Shown here one piece after another: positions 45,825-53,665 of a stretch of DNA of 64,000 nucleotides. The DNA lies in contig NZ_VKLU01000005.1 of the NCBI RefSeq assembly GCF_007352635.1, positions 635,940 to 699,939 on the forward strand, given 5' to 3'. The stretch is from Corallococcus sp. Z5C101001 (GTDB taxonomy: Bacteria; Myxococcota; Myxococcia; Myxococcales; Myxococcaceae). Both the position numbers and the translations under genes were made by a program. The notes beneath the pieces were generated by a model. That model ran no database searches, was not told the DNA's origin, and was given only the letters and a program-made list of their open reading frames with translations. Position 1 is the stretch's first letter. Each line of letters begins with the position of its first letter.

Positions 45825-46721
45825 TTACGGCGAGAGCGCGGCGAGCCGCTGCTCCGCCTGCGTGGCGGCGGCCGTCCCCGGGAACTGGGTAACGACGCGA
45901 GTATAGAGGGCCCGGGCATCCACGGCTTGATTCAGCCGCACCCGGCACTCCGCGAGCCGGAGCATGCCGTCCTGGACGGCATCCCCAGCGGGATAGGTCT
46001 TGATGAGCCGTTCGAACGTCTTCGCCGCGCCGGCCGGATCCTTGAGGCCCATCTGGCCCAGCCCGCTGAAGTACAGGGCATTGTCGGCGCGAGGGTGGCG
46101 GGGGTTCTCGTCCGCGAAGCGCGTGAGCTTCTCCACGCCCCCCTCCACGTTGCCGGTGCGCAGCATCGCCACGGCGTGCTCGTACTCGGCGTCGAGGATG
46201 GCCGGATCCTTCTCCGGCACCTCCACCCGGCCCGGGGACGCGAAGCCCGTCCCCGACGAGCCCTCCACCGGGCTGATGAACATCTCCATCTGATCCGTGT
46301 CCGGCTCCACCACGGGCACCACGGTGTTGATGCGCGGCGCCGGTTCCTTCTTCGGCTTGAGCCGCACCACCGCGAGCTGCGCCGGGGGCAGCCCCAGCGC
46401 CTCGCCGGTGCCGCCGACCTCGGAGGAGGAGGCCTCGGTCCGGGGGCTCGCCGCGCCCGCGGGGGACGCGGACGGCGTGGCGGCGGGCGAAGCGCTCCGG
46501 GCAGCGCGGGCGACGGCGTCGCGGTTCTCCAGCCGCTCCAGGCGCTCCACCAGCGTCGCCTGGGTGGCGCGCAGCGTGCGCACCTCCGCCTCCAGCCGGC
46601 CCACTTCCGCCTGGGAGGCGGCGGTGGTGGCGCATGCGGTCGGCGCGCTCAGCGCCACGGCGGCAAACAGGCGGAAGAGAAAGGGACGCACCGACACGAG
46701 CCTGGACGGAGGGGATTCCAC
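45825..46721 (-). CDS. YbgF/CpoB-like periplasmic protein: N-terminal coiled coil plus C-terminal TPR repeats.
   Basis: A signal peptide is followed by a coiled coil (EVGRLEAEVRTLRATQATLVERLERLENRD). The C-terminal TPR-like region (LYFSGLGQMGLKDPAGAAKTFERLIKTYPAGDAVQDGMLRLAECR) matches the Tol-Pal-associated YbgF architecture. Confidence 0.55.
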   Translation of the reverse strand: MESPPSRLVSVRPFLFRLFAAVALSAPTACATTAASQAEVGRLEAEVRTLRATQATLVERLERLENRDAVARAARSASPAATPSASPAGAASPRTEASSSEVGGTGEALGLPPAQLAVVRLKPKKEPAPRINTVVPVVEPDTDQMEMFISPVEGSSGTGFASPGRVEVPEKDPAILDAEYEHAVAMLRTGNVEGGVEKLTRFADENPRHPRADNALYFSGLGQMGLKDPAGAAKTFERLIKTYPAGDAVQDGMLRLAECRVRLNQAVDARALYTRVVTQFPGTAAATQAEQRLAALSP

Positions 46722-46780
46722 GTCGAGGATAGGAAGGCCGGTGAGAGACCGTCAAGAAAACGGCCGTATGGGCCCAGCCG

Positions 46781-47539
46781 CTAGAAGCGGTGGAGCACGA
46801 AGTTGAGGTGCCGGCCGGTGCGCCCCGCGTCCCGCCGGTGCGAGAAGAACCGCTCGCGATCACACGCCGTACAGGCCTGTAGCACGTCCACGTGCTCCGG
46901 CTTCAGGCCCGCCTTCAGGAGCGACGCCTTCACCGCGTGGGGCAGGTCCAGGTGGGGCTTTTCACCCGCTCGCACGACGTCCGGACCGAAGCGCGCGCGG
47001 AAGCGGTCTCCCAGCTCCGCGGAGACCTCGTAGCAGCACGCCTGGATGCAGGGCCCCACCGCCGCCAGCAGGTGCTCCGGCTGGCTTCCCCGCGCCCCCA
47101 GCGCCTCCACCGCGCGAGCGCTGATCTCCAGGTCCGTGCCCCGCCACCCTGAATGCACCGCCGCCACGCGCCGGCCCCGAGGATCCACCAGCAGCACCGG
47201 CACGCAGTCCGCGGTGCCCACCGCCACCCAGCTCCCCTCCCCTTCCGTCCACAGCGCGTCCGCTTCGCCCAGCGTCGGGCGCAGCGAGTCGTCGTCCGCG
47301 CCGTGCGCCGGCAGCACCGTATCGCCATGCACCTGCGACACCCGGCAGAGCGCCCCCACCTTCGCGCCCACCGCCTGGGCCAGCCGCCGGTGGTTCTCCT
47401 CCACGCGCGAGCGCTCGTCTCCCACGGAGAAGCCCAGGTTCAGCGACGCGTAGGGCCCCTCCGACACCCCACCCGCCCGCGTGGCGAAACCGTGCGGCAC
47501 GGGCAGCAACGAGGACGTGAGGAACGTGGGTAGGGCCAT
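46781..47539 (-). CDS. pgeF: Peptidoglycan editing factor PgeF (YfiH / polyphenol-oxidase-like, DUF152).
   Basis: SLNLGFSVGDE, the TADCVPVLLVD and VAAVHSGWRG His/Cys motifs, and the C-terminal CTAC....FFSHRRD are characteristic of YfiH. I chose the ATG at about 47539 (MALPTF...). Confidence 0.75.
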   Translation of the reverse strand: MALPTFLTSSLLPVPHGFATRAGGVSEGPYASLNLGFSVGDERSRVEENHRRLAQAVGAKVGALCRVSQVHGDTVLPAHGADDDSLRPTLGEADALWTEGEGSWVAVGTADCVPVLLVDPRGRRVAAVHSGWRGTDLEISARAVEALGARGSQPEHLLAAVGPCIQACCYEVSAELGDRFRARFGPDVVRAGEKPHLDLPHAVKASLLKAGLKPEHVDVLQACTACDRERFFSHRRDAGRTGRHLNFVLHRF

Positions 47540-47757
47540 GGGGCGTCTCCGATGCTTCGGGCGCGAACTTGGGACAGGCCTTCCCACCGTGCCACGGACG
47601 CAGCCCCTGAAAACAGGAACATGCGGAGAACAACAACCCAGGTTCAATATTTCCACACGAGTACGTTTGACAGGTCGTGTCACCCCCCTGACAATTTCTG
47701 GACACTCCGGCTCACGCGGACAGGTCGCGCGGGCGCGGAGCACACTGCGCCCCGCAC

Positions 47758-49683
47758 ATGGCCCTCGGTTCCGAGACGATTGGCAGGAAGCTCTTGTGGA
47801 GCATCGCCCTGCCTGGATTGGTGGTGGCGCTCCTGGGCGTGGGGCACTTCTCGCGCGAGGCGCGGCAGGCGGTGCGCGAGGGCACGCACCTGGAAGCCCT
47901 GGCGCTGGCGGAGTTCGTCGCGTCCACCTTCACCCTGCCGCAGGCGCCGGGCGCGGCGCCGCATGCCGCGGTGACGGAGGCGCTGGCGTCGGACACGCGG
48001 CTGTTCCGCTCGGTGGAGGACCTGCGGGTGCTGATGCTGAACGGGCGGATCCGCTGGAGCCGGAAGCCCGCCGAGCAGGGGCATCCGCATCCGGAGGCCG
48101 CGCGGCTGAAGGACTCGAGCCAGGAGACGGCGCGCTCCAGCGAACACGGCACGGAGGTGGTGCGTCCCCTGGGCGGTCCGGAGTGCTCCGGCTGTCACGC
48201 CGGGGCCGCCGCGCAGCGCATGGGGGTCCTCCAGGTGCGCCTGGGCGAGCCCGCGCTGCACCGCCAGTTGCAGACGGTGTTCCAGGACGCGCTGGGCGCG
48301 ATGGTGCTCTTCGTGGGCATCCTGGCGCTCGTCACCTGGCTGTCGCTGCGCTTCGTGCTCACCGGTCCGCTCAAGCGGCTGAGCGAGGCCATGGGGCGCG
48401 CGGCGGACGGCGACCTGCTGGTGCGCGCGGACGCCCGGGGCACGGACGAGATCTCGCGGCTGGGCGCGGCCTTCAACCAGATGCTGGCGCGGCTCACCTC
48501 CATGAAGGTGGAGGAGATCGACACGCACCGCGACCTGCAGCTGGTGAAGGAGAAGCTGGCGCTGAAGGACGAGCTGGAGGAGCGCCTGCGGGAGCTGTCG
48601 CTGCTGTTCGACGTGGCGCGCTCGCTCAACACCACGCTGGAGCTGGATGAGCTGTTGTCGCGCATCACCCGGATGGTGGTGGAGCGGCTGCACATCCCCG
48701 ACTTCTCCATCATGCTCCTCAACGAGGAGGGCCTGCTGGAGGTGAAGCACGCGTGGCCGCAGGGCCGGGGCCTCGAGGGCCACACCTTCGCCATGGGCGA
48801 GGGCGCGTGTGGCCGGGCCGCCCAGACGCGCAAGGCGGTGTACCTGCCGGACCTCACCGACGGGACCAGCATCTTCGCGCGGCGCGGGCTGCGCGGCGGC
48901 TCGGAGCAGGGCTCGCTCCTGGCGGTGCCCATGGTGCACGCGGAGATCCTGCTGGGCGTCATCAACTTCCAGCGTCCGGACACGGCGAGCTTCTCCGCGG
49001 AGGAGATCGAGCTCTTCACGGCGGTGGCGGATCAGGCCGCCACGGCGGTGACGAACGCGCGCCTGCACGCGGAGACGGTGAAGCTGACGCTCACGGACGC
49101 GCTCACGGGCGTGCCCAACCGCCGCCACCTCTTCCAGCGCCTGGACCTGGAGCTGGCGCGGGCCCAGCGCTTCGGCGTGCCGCTGGCGCTGCTGATGGTG
49201 GACGTGGACCACTTCAAGCGGCTGAACGATCTGGCCGGACACCGGGCCGGAGACGAGACGCTGCGTCGGGTCTCCGACGTGCTGAGGACCCGCGCGCGCA
49301 AGGTGGACACGCTGGGGCGCTACGGCGGCGAGGAGTTCGTGCTGCTCCTGCCCCAGGTCTCCAAGACGACGGCGGTGGAGGTCGCGGAGACGCTGCGCCG
49401 CGCGGTGGCGGAGTCCGTGACGCTGAGCCGGACGGGGCTGCCCGGCGGGCACGTCACGGTGTCCATCGGCGTCGCGCACTTCCCCACGGACGCGAACACC
49501 CAGGAGACGCTCGTCGACTGCGCGGATTCGGCGCTCTATTGCAGCAAGCGCACGGGCCGCAACCGCGTGACGCCGTTCGAGCCCGGCATGGAGGTGCACC
49601 CCGGCCGCGAGCGCAGCATCAACGCGCCGCCCGCGGACGCGCCGACCACGCCGCCCGCGCCTCCGGGCCTCGCCAAGGCGTGA
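47758..49683 (+). CDS. Membrane-anchored sensor diguanylate cyclase: TM segments, periplasmic/sensor region with CxxCH-like motif, HAMP, GAF and GGDEF domains.
   Basis: The TM segments are LLWSIALPGLVVALLGV and AMVLFVGILALVTWLSL. A HAMP-like linker (LKRLSEAMGRAADGDLLVRADARGTDEISRLGAAFNQMLARL) and a GAF region lead into the GGDEF domain with RYGGEEF (GGEEF active motif) and an RxxD I-site-like region. Confidence 0.8.
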   Translation: MALGSETIGRKLLWSIALPGLVVALLGVGHFSREARQAVREGTHLEALALAEFVASTFTLPQAPGAAPHAAVTEALASDTRLFRSVEDLRVLMLNGRIRWSRKPAEQGHPHPEAARLKDSSQETARSSEHGTEVVRPLGGPECSGCHAGAAAQRMGVLQVRLGEPALHRQLQTVFQDALGAMVLFVGILALVTWLSLRFVLTGPLKRLSEAMGRAADGDLLVRADARGTDEISRLGAAFNQMLARLTSMKVEEIDTHRDLQLVKEKLALKDELEERLRELSLLFDVARSLNTTLELDELLSRITRMVVERLHIPDFSIMLLNEEGLLEVKHAWPQGRGLEGHTFAMGEGACGRAAQTRKAVYLPDLTDGTSIFARRGLRGGSEQGSLLAVPMVHAEILLGVINFQRPDTASFSAEEIELFTAVADQAATAVTNARLHAETVKLTLTDALTGVPNRRHLFQRLDLELARAQRFGVPLALLMVDVDHFKRLNDLAGHRAGDETLRRVSDVLRTRARKVDTLGRYGGEEFVLLLPQVSKTTAVEVAETLRRAVAESVTLSRTGLPGGHVTVSIGVAHFPTDANTQETLVDCADSALYCSKRTGRNRVTPFEPGMEVHPGRERSINAPPADAPTTPPAPPGLAKA

Positions 49684-49776
49684 GGCTCGAGGCTCGAGGA
49701 CTCGCGCCCACGTGCGCGCGGTCCTGAAGCCCCCGCTCCTCGCGGGTGAACAGCGTCGCGGTGAAGCGCCCTGCCC

Positions 49777-50370
49777 CTACCGCTGCACGAGCGTGCGCAC
49801 CACGGGGAGCATCAGGTCCGCCCACTCGTCGTAGCCCGCCGCGGAGGGGTGGAATCCATCCGAGCAGAAGAAGTCCGGACGCCGGGGGATCATCTCCCGG
49901 CTGGCGGTGAAGAGGTCCACGAGGTGCAGTCCGTGCGTGCGGGCCACCGTGGCGATGGACTCGTTGAACGGCCCGATGCGGCCCTCGTACAACGTGCTGG
50001 GCACCATCCTGGCCACCGGCGCGAGCGCCATGTCGGCGATGTTCACCACCACCATCGACGCGCCCGTCTGCTTCAGTCGCCGGGCGATGCGGTCCAGGTC
50101 GTCCTGGAACTCCGCCACCTCGGTGCCGCGCCAGATGTCGTTGGTGCCCACGCCCAAGGTGATGAGCGTGGGCTGCAACGCGACGACGCGCTTGAGGGCG
50201 TTGTTGACGACGTCGCGCACCCGCGCCCCGCTCTGCCCCAGGTTGGTGTGGCCTACGGGAAGGCCCCCCTGCCGGAGGCGGGAGGCAAGGCGGTCGGGGT
50301 AGCCCCCGCCCTGCGCTGCCCCCACCCCCACCGCCGTGCTGTCACCCAACGAGACGTAGTTGACGCTCAT
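49777..50370 (-). CDS. SGNH/GDSL-family hydrolase (lipase/esterase).
   Basis: Block I YVSLGDSTAVG (GDS with the catalytic Ser), block III GVGTNDIWRG and block V DGFHPS (catalytic His) are all present. Confidence 0.65.
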   Translation of the reverse strand: MSVNYVSLGDSTAVGVGAAQGGGYPDRLASRLRQGGLPVGHTNLGQSGARVRDVVNNALKRVVALQPTLITLGVGTNDIWRGTEVAEFQDDLDRIARRLKQTGASMVVVNIADMALAPVARMVPSTLYEGRIGPFNESIATVARTHGLHLVDLFTASREMIPRRPDFFCSDGFHPSAAGYDEWADLMLPVVRTLVQR

Positions 50371-50419
50371 CGACGTTCGTCCACCCCCGTGCCCTTCGGG
50401 TTGACTCAGCGCTTCGACG

Positions 50420-51946
50420 TCACGGCATCTTCAGCGCGCGCAGCAGGCGTCCGCCGCCTGGCCCCGCCACGCGCAGCAGCAGCGTGCTGCCCCCAGGCGC
50501 GGCGCGGATGACCGCGGCCAGCTCCTTCGCGCTGGCGATGGGCTTGCGGTTCGCCTCCACCACCAGCATGCCTGGGATCAGCTGCGCGCGGTCCGCGGGC
50601 GAGCCCGGGACGATGTCGGTGATGAGCGCGCCAGAGCGCTCGGTGAAGCCCGCCTGGGAAGCGGTCCGCGCATCCAGGTCCTGGAGGGACACCCCCACGC
50701 GCCGCGAGCTGTCCTGCTCGTCCGTGACCTCCGGCTTCTTCTTGGACAGGCCCTCCAGGTCCGGCCGGGTGCCCATCGTCACCTTGACGTCCTGCTTCTT
50801 GCCATCGCGGTAGACCGTCAGCGTCGCGACGCTGTTCGGCTTCTTGAGCGCCACCGTGCGCGTGAGCTCGCTGTCGGAGCGCACCGTCTGCCCGTCGACC
50901 GCGACCACCACGTCGTCCGCCTTGAGGCCCGCCTTCGACGCTGGGGAGTCGGGGTTGATCTGCGTGAGGATGGCGCCCTCGTTCACCGGCAGCTTCAGCG
51001 CCTGCGCCAGGTCGCGGGTCAGGGGCTGGATGCCCACGCCCAGCCAGCCGCGCGTGACGGATCCGCTCTTCTCCAGCTGCGGAAGGAGCGCCTTGATGAG
51101 GTTGCTGGGCACGGAGAATCCAATGCCCGTGCCCCCGCCGACGATGGCGGTGTTGATGCCCACCACCTCGCCCTTCATGTTGAAGAGCGGGCCGCCCGAG
51201 TTGCCGGGGTTGATGGCCGCGTCCGTCTGGAGGAAATCGTCGTACGCGCTGGCGCCGATTTCACGGGCGCGCGCGGACAGGATGCCCACGCTCACGCTGG
51301 AGGCCAGACCGAAGGGGTTGCCAATCGCCAGCACCCAGTCGCCCACGCGCACCGCGTCCGAGTCGCCCAGCTTCACGGCGGGCAGCTGATCCACCTTCTC
51401 CTTGATCTTCACCACGGCCACGTCGGTGAGCGGGTCGCGCCCCACCACCTCGCCGGTGAACGAGCGACCGTCGTCCAGGCGGATGGTGATGGTGACCGCG
51501 TCCTCGATGACGTGGTTGTTCGTGAGCACCAGCCCCTTGGGGTCGATGATGAAGCCCGATCCGGCTCCCTGGCGGATCTGCTCCCGCTCGCTGCGGCCCC
51601 GGCTTCCTCCGCCCCGACCTCGGCTTCCGTTGCCCCCAAAGAAGCGGTCGAAGAGCGGGTTGTCCTCCATGCCCTCCGGCACTTCAGGACGGGCTTGCAC
51701 GTCCACGTTCACCACGGCGGACTTCACCGACTCCACCAGCGGCGCCAACGACGCCAGCGACTGGGCCTCGCGCGTGGCGGGTTGCAGGTTGCCAGCCGCC
51801 CCAGAGGCCGCCTGCTGCGTCTGCGGGGCGGAGGGCTTGGAAGCGGGCGCCTGCGCGAGGGCGAGCGTGGGTGACGCCAGCACCAGCACGGCGGCCACGA
51901 GCGTGCGACGGAACGGAGGGAGCGTGAGGGTCATGGGTTCTTTCAA
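50420..51946 (-). CDS. Periplasmic serine endoprotease DegP/HtrA (Do family) with two PDZ domains.
   Basis: A signal peptide is followed by the catalytic triad regions TNNHVIEDA (His), DVAVVKI (Asp) and GNSGGPLFN (Ser). Two PDZ-like segments follow. Confidence 0.85.
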   Translation of the reverse strand: MKEPMTLTLPPFRRTLVAAVLVLASPTLALAQAPASKPSAPQTQQAASGAAGNLQPATREAQSLASLAPLVESVKSAVVNVDVQARPEVPEGMEDNPLFDRFFGGNGSRGRGGGSRGRSEREQIRQGAGSGFIIDPKGLVLTNNHVIEDAVTITIRLDDGRSFTGEVVGRDPLTDVAVVKIKEKVDQLPAVKLGDSDAVRVGDWVLAIGNPFGLASSVSVGILSARAREIGASAYDDFLQTDAAINPGNSGGPLFNMKGEVVGINTAIVGGGTGIGFSVPSNLIKALLPQLEKSGSVTRGWLGVGIQPLTRDLAQALKLPVNEGAILTQINPDSPASKAGLKADDVVVAVDGQTVRSDSELTRTVALKKPNSVATLTVYRDGKKQDVKVTMGTRPDLEGLSKKKPEVTDEQDSSRRVGVSLQDLDARTASQAGFTERSGALITDIVPGSPADRAQLIPGMLVVEANRKPIASAKELAAVIRAAPGGSTLLLRVAGPGGGRLLRALKMP

Positions 51947-52036
51947 GCTAAAGCGGAAACGAGGCCCCGCAACCGGAACGACGTCGCCCGGTCACGGGAT
52001 GTGAACTCCCGACCAGCCTGCCTGTTCCCGAAGCAC

Positions 52037-53665
52037 TCAACCGGGCTGGTACACCCGGTAGTCCAGCTCGGGGAACAGGTTGTCCCGCCCCTCCACGTGG
52101 GAGAGCCAGGACGCGTCGACCGTGCCCGCGCGCACCTGGTCGTGCAGTCGGAGGAAGCGTTGCAAATGCTCCTTCGTGCGACGCACGGCGTAGTCCACCA
52201 TGGTGCCGGTCTTCATGATGAAGGCCCAGTCGGAGGACTGCGCGAGGAGCAGCTCGCGCGCGGCCTGATTCAGCGCCCGGCGCGTCAGCGGCGGCGCGTC
52301 GGGAAAGTCCCGGGCCAGCTCCACCATCTGTCGCGCGCAGTGGTTCAGGTGGCGGTAGATCCAGTCGTTGGTCCCGTCCAGCCACATGTTCGCATAGCCG
52401 CCCGCGCCCCAGGACGACAGGGGCGGCGTGGCCACCTGGTTCTCCGGGTGCTCGCGCAGGTCATCCAGAGGGCTGATCAACTGGAGGCGGCTGGGGTTGC
52501 GCGCGGCCTGACGGATGAGGGCGTCGATGAAGTGCGGGCCTTCGAACCACCAGTGGCCGAAGAGCTCGGCGTCGTAGGGCGCGACGACCACCGGCTTGCG
52601 GCCGTTCATGCGGGACGCGAGGTGTTCGAACTGGCGCTCGCGATTGAACAGGAAGTTGCTCGCGTGCACCCAGGCGCGCTCGCGGGCCGCGGCCGGGTTG
52701 TAGGGCTGCTTGTCGTTCGTCTTGCCGGTGATGCGGAAGTACTTGAAGCCGGTGTTCTTGCGGTCGCCGGTGGGCTGGACGAAGGGCCGGATGTAGTCCT
52801 GGTCCAGGTCCCAGCCGATGTCCCGATAGAACTCGCGGTAGACGGGGTCGCCGGGGTAGCCGTGCTCGGTGCTCCACACCTGCTGGCTGCTCTCCGGATC
52901 GCGGGCGAAGGCGGCGACGCCCGGCTCGGTGAAGATGGGCGCGTAGGGGCCATGGAGCGGACGGGGCGAGGCGTCCGTGAGCGCGTGCGTGTCGACGAAG
53001 AAGTAGCGGATGCGCTCGGCGGCGAGGATGCGCTCCAGGCCCGGGTAGTAGCCGCACTCCGCCAGCCAGATGCCCGAGGGATCGCGGCCGAAGTTCTGGC
53101 GGTAGTGGTTCGCCGCCACCGTCACCTGGGCGCGCACGGCCTCGGGCGTCTGCTGCATCAGCGGCAGGAAGCCATGGGTCGCGTTGCAGGTGAGGATGTC
53201 CAGGTGGCCGGAGTCCTGGAGCCTGCGGAACGCGGCCACCAGGTCGCGCCGGTACTGGTTGTGGTACGCGAGGCGCAGCGATTCGAAGTGGTCGCGGTGG
53301 AAGACGGCCAGCGGATGGAAGGTGGCGTCATCCCGGGTGCGGTGCACCTCGCGGGCGCCGAGTTCGCAAAGCAGCTCCAACCGCCGGGCGTAGCGCTCCC
53401 GCAGCAGCTCGTCGTTGAGCATGGAGACGAGCGTGGGCGACAGCGTCATCGTCACGCGGAACGGGACGCGGTCCTCGACCAGCGCGTCGAACACGCGCAG
53501 CAGCGGCAGGTACGTCTCGGAGATGGCTTCGTAGAGCCAGTCCTCCTCGAGGAAGTCCTCGTACTCGGGGTGGCGGACGAACGGGAGGTGCGCGTGAAGG
53601 ACCAGCGCGAGGGAGCCCAGGCTCATAGGTCGGTCGAGTGGCCGTGCGGGTTCACTTACGTCCAC
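52037..53665 (-). CDS. Glycoside hydrolase family 57 1,4-alpha-glucan branching enzyme (GH57 plus C-terminal DUF1957).
   Basis: The N-terminus LALVLHAHLPFVRHPEYEDFLEEDWLYEAISETYLPLL is the GH57 signature. The catalytic region ...WLAECGY... and the C-terminal helical DUF1957 region are present. The start is either 53665 or an internal ATG (MSLGS). Confidence 0.8.
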   Translation of the reverse strand: MDVSEPARPLDRPMSLGSLALVLHAHLPFVRHPEYEDFLEEDWLYEAISETYLPLLRVFDALVEDRVPFRVTMTLSPTLVSMLNDELLRERYARRLELLCELGAREVHRTRDDATFHPLAVFHRDHFESLRLAYHNQYRRDLVAAFRRLQDSGHLDILTCNATHGFLPLMQQTPEAVRAQVTVAANHYRQNFGRDPSGIWLAECGYYPGLERILAAERIRYFFVDTHALTDASPRPLHGPYAPIFTEPGVAAFARDPESSQQVWSTEHGYPGDPVYREFYRDIGWDLDQDYIRPFVQPTGDRKNTGFKYFRITGKTNDKQPYNPAAARERAWVHASNFLFNRERQFEHLASRMNGRKPVVVAPYDAELFGHWWFEGPHFIDALIRQAARNPSRLQLISPLDDLREHPENQVATPPLSSWGAGGYANMWLDGTNDWIYRHLNHCARQMVELARDFPDAPPLTRRALNQAARELLLAQSSDWAFIMKTGTMVDYAVRRTKEHLQRFLRLHDQVRAGTVDASWLSHVEGRDNLFPELDYRVYQPG

